Positions 48,988 through 59,168 of a stretch of 64,000 nucleotides of DNA are shown piece after piece (the stretch's first letter is position 1; every line of letters begins with the position of its first letter). Position numbers and translations under genes: made by a program. The stretch is from Armatimonadota bacterium (GTDB lineage Bacteria > Armatimonadota > SYMT01), in contig JAWLHY010000003.1 in NCBI GenBank assembly GCA_041690135.1, forward strand, positions 672,001 to 736,000, given 5' to 3'. The notes under the pieces are model-generated. The model saw nothing but the letters and a program-made list of their open reading frames with translations. It was not told the origin of the DNA and ran no database searches.

Positions 48988-49629
48988 ATGCGTGAGGAAT
49001 GCAGCAGTTTTGCGGAGAAGCTCACCGGGCTCTTTAGCGACATCGTGTACAAGACGATGACGGTCCAGCTTCTGCGCGAGTTGGACGAGCTGGACGTGAC
49101 GCTCTCGCAGCTGCAGGCGCTCACCTTCATTGCCGAGCGGCGCCGGTGCTCCGTGGGAGCCATCGCCGAGGGGCTGGGGGTCACTCACCCGGCGGCGGTG
49201 AAGCTGGTCGACAAGCTGGCCCGGAAGGAGCTGGTGACGCGTTCGGTGGCGGAGTCCGACCACCGCCAGGCCGAGATCTCGGTCACGGAGGCCGGGCGAG
49301 AACTGGTGGCACAGGTCCGCCGCGAGCGCACGCAGCGCCTGGAAGAGGTGCTGGACCGCATGGAGCCTCGGGAGCGGCATGCCCTCATCGATGGGCTCCA
49401 GGCGTTCGTCACCGCGGCGCTGCAGAACGAGGGGTGCCTGGATGCCCTGTGTGCGAGCTGCCAGGCCCTGCTCCCGACCGATTGCAACGATTTTCGCTTG
49501 ATTACGGAGGAGCAGGTCCGCTCCTCGACACCGGGTACGTTTTCCTGGCGCGAAGCCGGCCTGGAGGCCGGAGCTTCGAGCGAGGCTTCGATGACCGCCG
49601 GCCGCGGGCCGGATGGAGGCAGACGCTGA
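48988..49629 (+). CDS. MarR-family regulator with a C-terminal Cys cluster, first gene of the isc operon
   Basis: TLSQLQAL...[24 protein letters not shown].....D.R......TEAG wHTH; C-x4-C-x2-C-x7-C tail. Stop overlaps the iscS ATG (TGATG). Confidence 0.88.
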   Translation: MREECSSFAEKLTGLFSDIVYKTMTVQLLRELDELDVTLSQLQALTFIAERRRCSVGAIAEGLGVTHPAAVKLVDKLARKELVTRSVAESDHRQAEISVTEAGRELVAQVRRERTQRLEEVLDRMEPRERHALIDGLQAFVTAALQNEGCLDALCASCQALLPTDCNDFRLITEEQVRSSTPGTFSWREAGLEAGASSEASMTAGRGPDGGRR

Positions 49630-50849
49630 TGGCAATCAAGTTGCCCATCTATATGGATTACCACGCAACCACTCCGATGGACCCGCGCGTCCTGGAGACG
49701 ATGCTCCCGTACTTTACCGAGACCTTCGGCAACGCGGCCAGCCGCAGCCACCCGTTCGGCTGGGAAGCCGAGAAGGCGGTGGACCACGCCCGTGCGCAGA
49801 TCGCCGGCCTGATGAACGCCGATCCGAGAGAGATCATCTTCACCAGCGGCGCCACGGAGAGCGACAACCTCGCCCTCAAGGGCGTGGCGGAGATGTACCG
49901 GGAGAAGGGCAACCACATCATTACCTCCGTGGTCGAGCATAAGGCGGTGCTGGACAGCGCCAAGCGGCTCGAGCGGTGGGGCTTCGACGTGACCTACCTG
50001 CCGGTGGACGACACGGGGATGGTGCGACCGGAAGCCGTGGCCGAGGCAATCACGGACAAGACCATCCTCTGCTCGGTGATGTTCGCCAACAACGAGATCG
50101 GCACGGTCAACCCGCTCAAGGAGATCGGGGCGATCTGCCGGGAGCGCGGCGTGCTGTTCCACTCGGACGCGGTGCAGGGCTTCGGGAAGATCCCGTTCGA
50201 CGTCCAGGAGATGAACGTCGACCTGGCCTCCGTCACGGCGCACAAGCTCTACGGCCCGAAGGGTTGCGGTGCGCTCTACGTGCGGCGCCGGAACCCGCGG
50301 GTGCGCCTTGCGGCCCAGATGGACGGCGGCGGCCACGAGCGCGGGATGCGCAGCGGCACCCTCAACGTGCCGGGCATCGTCGGGTTCGGTCGGGCGTGCG
50401 AGATCGCGGCCGCGGAGATGGAAGAGGAAGGGCGGCGCCTGACGGCCTACCGCGAGCGGATGCGGGAGCAGATCGTCGGCGCGCTGGAAGAGACGTACCT
50501 CAACGGTCATCCCACCCAGCGCCTCCCCGGCAACCTGAACCTCAGCTACGCCTACGTAGAAGGCGAGAGCCTGCTGATGGGCCTGAAGGAGATTGCGCTC
50601 AGCTCCGGCTCCGCCTGCACCAGCGCCAGCCTGGAGCCGAGCTACGTGCTGAAGGCGCTCGGCGTCGGCGACGACCTGGCGCACTCCTCCATCCGCTACG
50701 GCCTCGGCCGGTTCACGACGGACGAGGAAGTGGAGTACGCCATCAAGAGCACCATCGACACGGTCACCCGCCTTCGGGAGATGAGCCCACTGTACGAGCT
50801 GGCCAAGGAAGGTGTAGACCTCAAGACGGTGCAGTGGGCTGTGGATTGA
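49629..50849 (+). CDS. iscS: Cysteine desulfurase IscS
   Basis: [36 protein letters not shown] (PLP Lys), [17 protein letters not shown]. Confidence 0.98.
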   Translation: MAIKLPIYMDYHATTPMDPRVLETMLPYFTETFGNAASRSHPFGWEAEKAVDHARAQIAGLMNADPREIIFTSGATESDNLALKGVAEMYREKGNHIITSVVEHKAVLDSAKRLERWGFDVTYLPVDDTGMVRPEAVAEAITDKTILCSVMFANNEIGTVNPLKEIGAICRERGVLFHSDAVQGFGKIPFDVQEMNVDLASVTAHKLYGPKGCGALYVRRRNPRVRLAAQMDGGGHERGMRSGTLNVPGIVGFGRACEIAAAEMEEEGRRLTAYRERMREQIVGALEETYLNGHPTQRLPGNLNLSYAYVEGESLLMGLKEIALSSGSACTSASLEPSYVLKALGVGDDLAHSSIRYGLGRFTTDEEVEYAIKSTIDTVTRLREMSPLYELAKEGVDLKTVQWAVD

Positions 50850-50868
50850 TCAATAACGGAGTAATAAA

Positions 50869-51297
50869 ATGCCATACAGTGATAAGGTCTTGGACCATTA
50901 CAACAACCCGCGGAACGTGGGTAGCCTGGACAAGGGCGATGAGAACGTCGGCACCGGCATCGTCGGCGCGCCGGAGTGCGGCGACGTGATGAAGCTGCAG
51001 ATCAAGGTGAACCCGGAGACGCAGGTCATCGAGGATGCCAAGTTCAAGACGTTCGGCTGCGGCAGCGCCATCGCGTCGTCGAGCCTCGCCACGGAGTGGG
51101 TGAAGGGGAAAACGCTGCAGGAAGCGCTCGAGATCAAGAACACCTCGATCGTGGAAGAGCTGGCCCTCCCGCCCGTGAAGATCCACTGCTCCGTGCTGGC
51201 CGAAGACGCCATCAAGGCCGCCATCGCCGACCTGAAGAAGAAGCAGGGCGACGAAGAGGGCGCCGAGGCGATCAAGGCCATGAGCGGCAGCCACTAG
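50869..51297 (+). CDS. iscU: Fe-S cluster scaffold IscU
   Basis: YSDKVLDHY.NPRNVG, APECGDVM, FGCGSAIASSS, LPPVKIHCS. Confidence 0.98.
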   Translation: MPYSDKVLDHYNNPRNVGSLDKGDENVGTGIVGAPECGDVMKLQIKVNPETQVIEDAKFKTFGCGSAIASSSLATEWVKGKTLQEALEIKNTSIVEELALPPVKIHCSVLAEDAIKAAIADLKKKQGDEEGAEAIKAMSGSH

Positions 51298-51308
51298 GGG
51301 AACGGTAG

Positions 51309-51662
51309 ATGCCTGAGACGATAACGGCGGGGTTGATCGACCTCTCCCCCGCCGCACTGAACAAGGTCAAGCAATTGCTGGCGCAGCAGGGCAACCCGGA
51401 GGATCTTTACCTCCGTCTGGGCGCCAAGGGCGGCGGCTGCGCGGGGTACTCTTACGTCCTGGAGTTCGACCGGGACGTGGATGAGAAGTACGACCGGTTC
51501 TTCGAGTTCGAGGGGGTGAAGGTGGTGGTGGACCGCAAGAGTCTGCTGCTCCTGGCCGGCACCACCCTGGATTACTCGGGGGACCTGCTGGGCCAGGGGT
51601 TCGAGTTCAAGAACCCCAACGTGAAGCGCGGCTGCGGCTGCGGCACCTCGTTCCAGGTTTGA
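51309..51662 (+). CDS. iscA: A-type Fe-S carrier IscA/HesB
   Basis: GGGCAGYSY...F.F.NPN....CGCGTSF. Confidence 0.95.
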   Translation: MPETITAGLIDLSPAALNKVKQLLAQQGNPEDLYLRLGAKGGGCAGYSYVLEFDRDVDEKYDRFFEFEGVKVVVDRKSLLLLAGTTLDYSGDLLGQGFEFKNPNVKRGCGCGTSFQV

Positions 51663-51720
51663 GACGCCACTGGTACCCCGGAGAATAGCGCAGGCGACCC
51701 GGCGGATCTATCCCGAAGGG

Positions 51721-52338
51721 TTGTGGGAAGGCCCGGAGGACCGTCGTTGGGTGGCGTTGACCTTCGACGACGGTCCGCATCCGGAGATCACGACGCAACT
51801 GCTGGACGCCCTGCGGCGGGCCGGCGCTCCGGGGACGTTCTTCCTGATCGGGGCGCTGGCGAAGCGGTATCCGGACCTGGTGCGCCGGATTCAGGACGAA
51901 GGCCACGTGGTGGGCAACCACACCTGGAACCACCGCGCGCTCTCCCTCGGCTGCTGCGTCTCGCCCGAGCGGCAGGTGGCGCACACCGAGGAACTGCTGG
52001 CCTGGCTCTGTCCCGGTTCGCCCCGGGTGTTCCGGCCGCCTTTCGGCGCGATCGGCCCGGGTGGTCGTCGCGTCCTGATCCGCCAGGGCCTGTTGCCGAT
52101 CTACTGGAGCGTGGTGCCCGCGGATTGGGACCCCCTCACGCCGGACGAGATCCGGCGGCGGGTGCTGGCGGAAGTGCATCCCGGCGCGGTGGTGGTGCTG
52201 CACGGCGGCCAGGTGAAACACCAGGGGACGGCGCGGGCGCTCGAGGAGCTGATCGACGACCTCCGGCAGAGAGAGTATGAGATCGTCTCCCTGCCTCGCA
52301 TGCTCGCCTCCGCTGGGTATACGGTGGGTACGAGATGA
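51721..52338 (+). CDS. Polysaccharide deacetylase (CE4/NodB family) inside the isc operon
   Basis: ALTFDDGP, GNHTWNH, FRPPFG, DW, VVLH. The frame stays open upstream to a CTG at 51670; the stop overlaps the hscB ATG. Confidence 0.88.
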   Translation: MWEGPEDRRWVALTFDDGPHPEITTQLLDALRRAGAPGTFFLIGALAKRYPDLVRRIQDEGHVVGNHTWNHRALSLGCCVSPERQVAHTEELLAWLCPGSPRVFRPPFGAIGPGGRRVLIRQGLLPIYWSVVPADWDPLTPDEIRRRVLAEVHPGAVVVLHGGQVKHQGTARALEELIDDLRQREYEIVSLPRMLASAGYTVGTR

Positions 52339-53039
52339 CGGAAGAACAAGCGACGAACGCGGTACTGGCCCATGCGGCCCGGGAAGGGCGCAGCCTGTGC
52401 TGGTACTGCAAAACCGAAGTGGGGGACGAACCGGCCTGCGGCAACTGCGTGAAGATCCAGCCGCTGGGCCGCAACTCCGACTACTTCAGCGTGATGGGGT
52501 TGCCCCGGAAGCTGGACATCGACCCGCGCGTGCTGGAGCCGGTGTACCACGCGCTCTCGCGGCGGTTCCACCCGGATATGTACCGCCTGGCGACGCAGCG
52601 GGAGCGGATGATCGCGCTCGAAAACTCCGCGGTACTGAACCAGGCCTACCGGACCCTTCGCGATCCGTTCGACCGCGCGGCCTATCTGATCCAACTGGAA
52701 CAGGGCCGCGGGACGGAGGTCCCGGCCAGCCCGCCCCAGGAGTTGTTCGAGGAGATCCTGGAAGTGCAGGAACTGCTGGGCGAGTACCGGTTCGCGGAGC
52801 CCGACGAGCAGGCGGAGCTGCGTCCCCAGTTGGAGCAGCAGCGGGCCCGGTTGCAGGCAGAGCAGGATGGCCGCGCCGACGCGTTGACGGGAGATCTCTT
52901 CCGCCGCTGGGATGCCGCCATCGAGGCGCAGGCCCCCGCCGAGCAGCGGGCGCCCCTGCTGGCCGAGATGCGGCGGATCATCGGAGAGCGCGCCTACCTG
53001 CGGCGCGTGCTGAACAGTTTGAAAGAAGCCCTCGGGTAA
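52335..53039 (+). CDS. hscB: Fe-S co-chaperone HscB with N-terminal tetracysteine domain
   Basis: CWYC...CGNC..IQP; J-domain DYF...FHPD, LNQAYRTLRDP..RA.YL. Confidence 0.93.
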   Translation: MTEEQATNAVLAHAAREGRSLCWYCKTEVGDEPACGNCVKIQPLGRNSDYFSVMGLPRKLDIDPRVLEPVYHALSRRFHPDMYRLATQRERMIALENSAVLNQAYRTLRDPFDRAAYLIQLEQGRGTEVPASPPQELFEEILEVQELLGEYRFAEPDEQAELRPQLEQQRARLQAEQDGRADALTGDLFRRWDAAIEAQAPAEQRAPLLAEMRRIIGERAYLRRVLNSLKEALG

Positions 53040-53071
53040 GCGGGTAAAGAGAGGCGCTCGGAACGCAAGTT

Positions 53072-54961
53072 ATGTCCAAGATACCCCTCCCCCTGGCGGG
53101 GGCACATCTCCATCGGGAGCCGCGGGTCGTCGGCATCGACCTGGGGACCACGAACAGCCTGGTGGGCACCATGCGGGACGGCACGGCGACCGTCATCCGC
53201 GACGCCGAGGGCGATGCCCTCGTTCCCTCCGTGGTCTACTTCGCCGAGGACGGCCAGGTCGTGGTCGGCAAGGCGGCGAAGGAGCACCAGTTCGAGCACC
53301 CGGAGCGGACCGTCTACTCCGTGAAGCGCCTGATGGGGCGCGGCCTGGAAGATGCTGCGGACGAGCGCGCGAATCTGCCCTACCGTCTCTCGGACGAGTA
53401 CCGCGAGGTGGTCCGCATCCGGATCGGCGACCGCCTCTACACTCCGCCGGAAGTGTCGGCGCAGATCCTGCGGGAGTTGAAGCGCCGCGCCGAGGAGCAC
53501 CTGGGCGAGCCGGTGGAGCAGGCCGTGATCACCGTGCCGGCCTACTTTAACGACAGCCAGCGCCAGGCCACCCGGGACGCGGGCCGGATCGCCGGTCTCG
53601 AAGTGCTGCGGATCGTCAACGAGCCCACCGCGGCCTGTCTCGCCTATGGGCTGGACCGGCGCCGCGAGGGGATGGTCGCCGTCTACGACCTGGGCGGCGG
53701 GACCTTCGACATCTCCATCTTGAAGCTGCGGGACGGGATCTTCGAGGTCCAGGCCACCAACGGCGACACCCACCTGGGCGGGGATGACATGGACCGGGTC
53801 CTGGCGGACCGCCTGATGGAGGAGCTAAAGGAGCGGTTCCCACAGGCCGATCCGGGCGACCCGGAGTTGATGGAGCGGGTCCGGGACGCGGCCGAGAGGG
53901 CCAAGCGCCAGTTGACCGACGGCGAAGAGGCGGACGTCATCGTGCCGGTGGGCAGCGAGGCGTTCACCCGCATCGTCACGCGGGAGGAGTTCGAGCGCCT
54001 GATCGAGCCGATCGTCGAGCGGACCCTGGAGCCGTGCCGCCAAGCCCTGGCCGACGCGGGGCTCACCGCGCAGGAGATCGATGAAGTGGTGCTGGTCGGG
54101 GGCTCCACGCGCGTGCCACTGGTCCGGCGGCGGGTCGGGGAGGTCTTTGGAAAGCAGCCGCACAGCGAGCTGAACCCGGACGAGGTGGTGGCGCTGGGAG
54201 CGGCCGTCCAGGCGGGGATCCTCTCCGGACAGGTCGAGGGCTTCCTGCTGCTCGACGTGAACCCGCTTTCGCTCGGGATCGAGACCTACGGCGGCACGGT
54301 GGAGAAGCTGATTCCGCGAAACAGCACCATCCCCACCAGCGCGCGCCAGATGTTCACCACCGGCGTGGACGGACAGACCGCCTTCGACATCCACGTGGTG
54401 CAGGGCGAGCGCGAGATGGCGGGAGACAACCGCAGCCTGGCGCGGTTCCAGATCCATGTCCCCCCGATGCCGGCGGGGTGGCCGAAGCTGGAAGTCACCT
54501 TCCTCGTCGACGAGAACGGCATCCTCAACGTGGCAGCCTACGAGCACCGCTCCGAAGCCGAAGCCAGCATCGAGGTGCGCCCCTCCTACGGGCTCACGGA
54601 CGATGAGGTCGAGCGGATGGTGATCGAATCGTTCGAGCACGCGGAGGAGGACATCCGGGCCCGGCAGCTCATCGAAGCGCGGGTCGAGGCGGACCAGGTG
54701 CTGCTGCACACGCAGAAGCAGCTTCCCGTGGCCGCGGAGTTCGTCCGCGCGGGCGATCTGACCCAGAAGGAGTACGACCGCATCAAAGCGGCGATCGCCG
54801 CCCTGAAGGAAGCGGTCGGCGGCGAGGACCACGAGCGGATCCGCCAGCGCATCGAAGACCTGGATCTTTCGGCGCGCAAGCTCGCGCAGATGATCATGGA
54901 CCAGGCCGTCGGCGAGATGCTCCGCGGCCGCAGCGTGGAAGAAGAACCGGTTAAGGAGTAG
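53072..54961 (+). CDS. hscA: Fe-S chaperone HscA (Hsp70 family)
   Basis: [44 protein letters not shown]; isc operon context. Confidence 0.95.
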   Translation: MSKIPLPLAGAHLHREPRVVGIDLGTTNSLVGTMRDGTATVIRDAEGDALVPSVVYFAEDGQVVVGKAAKEHQFEHPERTVYSVKRLMGRGLEDAADERANLPYRLSDEYREVVRIRIGDRLYTPPEVSAQILRELKRRAEEHLGEPVEQAVITVPAYFNDSQRQATRDAGRIAGLEVLRIVNEPTAACLAYGLDRRREGMVAVYDLGGGTFDISILKLRDGIFEVQATNGDTHLGGDDMDRVLADRLMEELKERFPQADPGDPELMERVRDAAERAKRQLTDGEEADVIVPVGSEAFTRIVTREEFERLIEPIVERTLEPCRQALADAGLTAQEIDEVVLVGGSTRVPLVRRRVGEVFGKQPHSELNPDEVVALGAAVQAGILSGQVEGFLLLDVNPLSLGIETYGGTVEKLIPRNSTIPTSARQMFTTGVDGQTAFDIHVVQGEREMAGDNRSLARFQIHVPPMPAGWPKLEVTFLVDENGILNVAAYEHRSEAEASIEVRPSYGLTDDEVERMVIESFEHAEEDIRARQLIEARVEADQVLLHTQKQLPVAAEFVRAGDLTQKEYDRIKAAIAALKEAVGGEDHERIRQRIEDLDLSARKLAQMIMDQAVGEMLRGRSVEEEPVKE

Positions 54962-54967
54962 ATCGTC

Positions 54968-55390
54968 ATGGCGGGCATCAATCCGTACATCACACAGGGG
55001 GAAGCGGAGCTTCCCAAGCAGAAATACCGGGTGACGTTCAAGATGATGGAGACGGGCGAGGAGCGCGTCATCGAGGTCGACCCGGAGCAGATTCCGTACG
55101 GGCGGACGGGGCGGCCGGGCAGCATCCTGGACATCGCCCTGGGCCACGACATCGAAATCGAGCACACCTGCGGCGGCGTGTGCGCCTGCTCCACCTGCCA
55201 CTCGATCATCCGGCTGGGCCTGGCCTCCTGCAACGAAGCCACCGATGACGAAGAGGATCAGCTCGAAGAAGCGCCGGGTCTCACGATCCAGTCCCGCCTG
55301 AGCTGCCAGTGCATCCCGGACGGAAGCATGGACGTGGTGGTGGAGATTCCCTCCTGGAACCGCAACGCGGTCAAGGAAACCCCGCACTAG
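54968..55390 (+). CDS. fdx: ISC-type 2Fe-2S ferredoxin
   Basis: EHTCGGVCACSTCH...SRLSCQ. Confidence 0.95.
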   Translation: MAGINPYITQGEAELPKQKYRVTFKMMETGEERVIEVDPEQIPYGRTGRPGSILDIALGHDIEIEHTCGGVCACSTCHSIIRLGLASCNEATDDEEDQLEEAPGLTIQSRLSCQCIPDGSMDVVVEIPSWNRNAVKETPH

Positions 55391-55392
55391 GG

Positions 55393-56106
55393 ATGCCCCA
55401 ACCCACCCAGACAACCAGAATTACGGCCATCCGCGAGGTGGCCCCGGAGGTCCGGGAGATTACCCTGGCGGCGCCGGCGGAACGGGTCGATTTCCAGCCC
55501 GGTCAGTGGCTTTCCCTGCACCTGCCGGTGGGGGAGAAGCCGCCCCTCGTGCGCGCATACTCGCTGGCGGCGCCGCCTTCCCCCGCTGGGGAGCTGGTCC
55601 TGTGCCTCGACCGGGTGCCGGACGGGCTCGGCTCCGAGTACCTGTTCAGCGTCCGGCCGGGGGATGAGATCACGTTCGCGGGACCCCTGGGCAACTTCGT
55701 CCTACCGGATACCCCCGCCGAGCTGCTCTGGCTGGCGCGCTACACGGGGATCGTCCCGTTCCGCGCGATGCTGCCGGTACTGGCGGCGCGGTCCGGCAGC
55801 GACCGCGCGCCGGTGACCCTGGTCTACAGCGCCCCGCGCCCAAAGGACCTGGCCTACCTGGAGGAGCTCCGCCGGGCCGCCGAGGATCTGCCCTGGTTCC
55901 GTCTCCACGCGCTGGTGGATGAGGCCGCGCCCGGTTGGGACGGCGAAGCGGGATCCGCGCTGGATCGGGTATCGGAACTGGTAGGGGACCGCACCGACCT
56001 GGTGCCGATGATCTGCGGCAAGAAAGAGTTCGTCCGTCCCCTCCGCGACCACTTTTACTCCCACGGCTACGAGCGAAAGGCCGTCAAGTGGGAGAATTAT
56101 GATTGA
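55393..56106 (+). CDS. FAD-binding ferredoxin-NAD(P) reductase-like oxidoreductase
   Basis: FQPGQW, RAYSLA (FAD-binding RxYS), GPLGNF, TGIVPF, ICG, terminal ENYD. Confidence 0.85.
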   Translation: MPQPTQTTRITAIREVAPEVREITLAAPAERVDFQPGQWLSLHLPVGEKPPLVRAYSLAAPPSPAGELVLCLDRVPDGLGSEYLFSVRPGDEITFAGPLGNFVLPDTPAELLWLARYTGIVPFRAMLPVLAARSGSDRAPVTLVYSAPRPKDLAYLEELRRAAEDLPWFRLHALVDEAAPGWDGEAGSALDRVSELVGDRTDLVPMICGKKEFVRPLRDHFYSHGYERKAVKWENYD

Positions 56107-56191
56107 TGGGGGTTGGGGGTTGGGGATTAGGCGTTGGGCTAACGCCTCTCCTAACGCCTAACGCCCTACCTAACGCCCAATTGCCCAACGC
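56107..56191. repeat. Heptamer tandem repeats in inverted arrangement (STRR-like)
   Basis: TGGGGGT TGGGGGT TGGGGAT TAGGCGT TGGG followed by CTAACGC/CCAACGC repeats complementary to the left arm. Confidence 0.75.
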
Positions 56192-56213
56192 CTCTCCGAA
56201 GGAGAACCCTGAA

Positions 56214-56423
56214 ATGAAGCTCACGTGGGAAGACGCCGAGGACATCGGCATCGAACTGGCCGACAAGTTTCCGGATCAGGACCCGCTCAAGGTCCGCTTC
56301 ACCGACCTGCACCGCTGGGTGACGGAGTTGAAGGACTTCGACGACGACCCCGCCGCCTCCAACGAGGGGAAACTCGAAGCGATCCAGATGGCGTGGCTGG
56401 AGGAATACAAGGACCGGCAGTAG
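56214..56423 (+). CDS. iscX: Fe-S assembly protein IscX
   Basis: MKLTWEDAEDIGIEL...DP..VRFTDL..WV..L..FDDDP..SNE..LEAIQMAW.EE. Confidence 0.95.
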   Translation: MKLTWEDAEDIGIELADKFPDQDPLKVRFTDLHRWVTELKDFDDDPAASNEGKLEAIQMAWLEEYKDRQ

Positions 56424-56750
56424 TTACATCGTGCCGCAGCCGGCAGTTCTCCAGAGCGCGGTCCGTTTTGCAGGCCAGACGCATGACCAGAGTCCCGGTC
56501 GGTGGCAGCGAGCCGACCCTACCCACGTACGGATGGTGGCATAAACGACAGCAGATCCGTCCTCGGGCCGGTGATGGATTATCCCGCACCTCGGTGAGGT
56601 GCAATTGTAGGGGAATGGTCGCCGGCCCTTCCCTTGAGCATGGTTTGGCACCCGTCCGCCCACCGTGCAGCCGCTAGCGGGTCGATCACCGCCGGGTACG
56701 GGCGTGGCAAATGAGCGTAGGATCTTGGATGGGGGCGGGCTATGCCGGCC

Positions 56751-57428
56751 TTACCCGGTGTACCCGCACACGCCGCACCGCGGGGAATTGACCACCGGCA
56801 GACAGCCTTCCTCGGCCTCCTCGTCCTCTTCGTAACAGTCCGGGCAGTAGGTGGCTTCTTTCCAGGTGTGCACGTAGGCCGCGGGTTGGCCGCACCGGCA
56901 CCGAATCTCGGGCGGATGGTTCCGAGCCATCAGCAGCACCCCCTTCTGGAGCGGCGGTCCGCTGCGGGAATCCACGACCTTGAGGGTCAGGTGCGTGGTG
57001 CTGCCGTAGTCATACTGGTATTCGAACTTGAGACCCTTCCGCAGCACCCGGTCGAGCTTCACGTTCATGCTCCGTTCTTCCACGCCCCAGCCCGGCTCCG
57101 GGTCCACTGAATAGTTCTCTCCTTCCAGGGTGAAACTGCTCAGATGACCGCAGCACTCCAGCCAGGTCCGGCGGAGGAAGCTGTCGAGGACCTCCAGCGT
57201 GGAGTTTCCCGGCACTTCCAGGTGCAGCCAGTAATCCTTGAGATACCGGCCTTCGACCAGCAGGTGGTACAGGTTCTGCGACTTCGCGGCAGAGTCTGCC
57301 TCGGCGATGCGCTGGCCGCGGACGGGGCACTTCGCCAGGTGGCGCGTGATGGCGTTCTTGGCGAACGTGCCATGGCAAAACTCGCACTCTCCGGTGGAGA
57401 CGCGGCGCTCGACGGCGGTTTCCGCCAT
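56751..57428 (-). CDS. Plasmid pRiA4b ORF-3-like protein with Cys-rich ends
   Basis: TL..LD.FLR.TWLECCGHLSSF, F.YQYDYGSTT.L, NSPRCGVCGY. Confidence 0.8.
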   Translation of the reverse strand: MAETAVERRVSTGECEFCHGTFAKNAITRHLAKCPVRGQRIAEADSAAKSQNLYHLLVEGRYLKDYWLHLEVPGNSTLEVLDSFLRRTWLECCGHLSSFTLEGENYSVDPEPGWGVEERSMNVKLDRVLRKGLKFEYQYDYGSTTHLTLKVVDSRSGPPLQKGVLLMARNHPPEIRCRCGQPAAYVHTWKEATYCPDCYEEDEEAEEGCLPVVNSPRCGVCGYTG

Positions 57429-57499
57429 CCGTTACCTCCCGATCTCACGATGCGTTTTTAACACTACACGTGGTATACCGCAACCGGGAGATGCTTCGC

Positions 57500-59116
57500 A
57501 TGCCTGCACTGGAAACCCGCACCGAGAAGGTGACCGTTTACAACGACCGGGCGCAAGTCACGCGCCACGGCCGGGTCCGGTTACCGGCGGGACAGCAGGA
57601 ACTCGTCATTGAAGACCTGCCCGTGGTGCTCCTCCCGGATTCGGTGCGGGCGGCGATCCGGGCCACGGAGCCGTGCCGCCTGCTCTCCACCGACGTAACC
57701 CGCACTTTCCATGCGGAGGCGCCGGAAACCCGGGTTTCCGAGCTGCAGGCCGAAGTAGAAGCCCTGCAGGACCGGGATGCCGAAGCGGTCCAGCGCCTGG
57801 AAGCGCTCACCACCCGCCGTACCTTCCTGCAAACCCTGGCCACTTCGGCCGGCTCGGAGCTGGCGCGGGGATTGGCCCTCGGGCGGATCTCGGTCGAAGT
57901 GGGGGCCACGCTTGGGGAGTTCCTGGCCGTGCAGTTGGCGGCCCTTGATGCCGACGCCCGTGCGGTCACCCAGGAAAGGCGCCGGCTGTCGAAGGAACTC
58001 CAGGCTACCCAGAGCCGCCTGCAGGCACTCCAGCGCCGCAAGCCGACCGAGCGGAACCGGGTGGTGGTGCTGGTCCACCTGGAAGCCGAAGCGGAGGTCT
58101 CCCTGGAGCTGAGCTATCAGGTGACCCAGGCATCCTGGCAACCCCTTTACGATCTACGGCTGTCCGAGAAGAACGGCTGCGCCGAACTGGAGGCGGCTTA
58201 TCAGGCGCAGGTAACCCAGCAGACCGGAGAGGCCTGGCAGAAAGTTGCTCTCACCCTCTCGACCGCCCGCCCCGGCCTGAGTTCGATTGCGCCGGAATTG
58301 AAGCCATGGTATCTGCGGGGGCACCGGCCGGTGGCCGCGGGTGCTCCCATGATGCGAGCGTGGTTGGCCGAGCCCGCTGCAGCGTCGGCAGCCGCACCTG
58401 CGCCACCAGCGATGGATGAAGACCTCCTCGAAGCTGCCCCGATGCTGATCGAAGCGGAGGTCGAAGTGGCCACGGTAGATGATACGGGCGCCACGCTGAC
58501 GTTCAACGTTTCCGGCGGCACCGATATTCCGGACGACGGCTCACCGCACAAGGTCACGTTGGGATTCCACGGATTCCCCGCTCGTCTCGATTACTTTGCG
58601 GCGCCGAAGCTGGTGACGCAGGCTTATCGGAGGGCGAAGGTGACGAACTCCGGGCCTTCCACGCTGCTGCCCGGCCCGGCGCAGATCTTCTACGAAGGCG
58701 AGTATATAGGCGCCACCTCCCTCAAGGCGATCGCTTCCGGACAGGAGTTCGAGCTGTTCCTCGGGATCGACGACCGTATCACGGTGGAGCGGAAGCTGAC
58801 CGCCGGCAGCGTGGACAAGAAGTTCATGCAGGATGTCCGCCGCCTCACCTACGCCTACGAGATCCGGGTCGCCAACCTGCGGGAAACGCTGGAGACCGTC
58901 ACGGTGGAGGACCAGGTCCCGGTATCCCGGCACGAACTGGTGAAGATCCGTCGCCAGGAGGTTCAGCCCGCCCCTACTCGAGAAGACGATCTGGGGAAGC
59001 TGACCTGGGAGCTGCGCCTGGCGCCCGGTCGCTCCGCGACGGTCCGGTTCGGTTTCACCGTGGAGGCCCCTCGCGATCTCCAGTTGGAAGGGCTCCCGCC
59101 CATCTCGGGGGAGTAG
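57500..59116 (+). CDS. DUF4139/DUF4140 (MuiA-like) protein
   Basis: VTVYNDRAQVTR, ASWQPLYDLR, QQTGEAW..V.LTLSTARP, LLPG, F.LGIDDRI.V.R, DQVPVS. Confidence 0.9.
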   Translation: MPALETRTEKVTVYNDRAQVTRHGRVRLPAGQQELVIEDLPVVLLPDSVRAAIRATEPCRLLSTDVTRTFHAEAPETRVSELQAEVEALQDRDAEAVQRLEALTTRRTFLQTLATSAGSELARGLALGRISVEVGATLGEFLAVQLAALDADARAVTQERRRLSKELQATQSRLQALQRRKPTERNRVVVLVHLEAEAEVSLELSYQVTQASWQPLYDLRLSEKNGCAELEAAYQAQVTQQTGEAWQKVALTLSTARPGLSSIAPELKPWYLRGHRPVAAGAPMMRAWLAEPAAASAAAPAPPAMDEDLLEAAPMLIEAEVEVATVDDTGATLTFNVSGGTDIPDDGSPHKVTLGFHGFPARLDYFAAPKLVTQAYRRAKVTNSGPSTLLPGPAQIFYEGEYIGATSLKAIASGQEFELFLGIDDRITVERKLTAGSVDKKFMQDVRRLTYAYEIRVANLRETLETVTVEDQVPVSRHELVKIRRQEVQPAPTREDDLGKLTWELRLAPGRSATVRFGFTVEAPRDLQLEGLPPISGE

Positions 59117-59168
59117 ATCGGCCTCTCCGGAAGGTGACATGTCCCCTGCGGATGGCCGGCATGCCGGC

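Noticed and set aside
53072-54961. dnaK call for the Hsp70 gene
   Set aside because: Context between hscB and fdx and the PSYGL motif indicate HscA.
47651-57428. Mobile element spanning parDE to the pRiA4b ORF-3-like gene
   Set aside because: No integrase, transposase, terminal repeats or att sites seen; both gene families are common on chromosomes.
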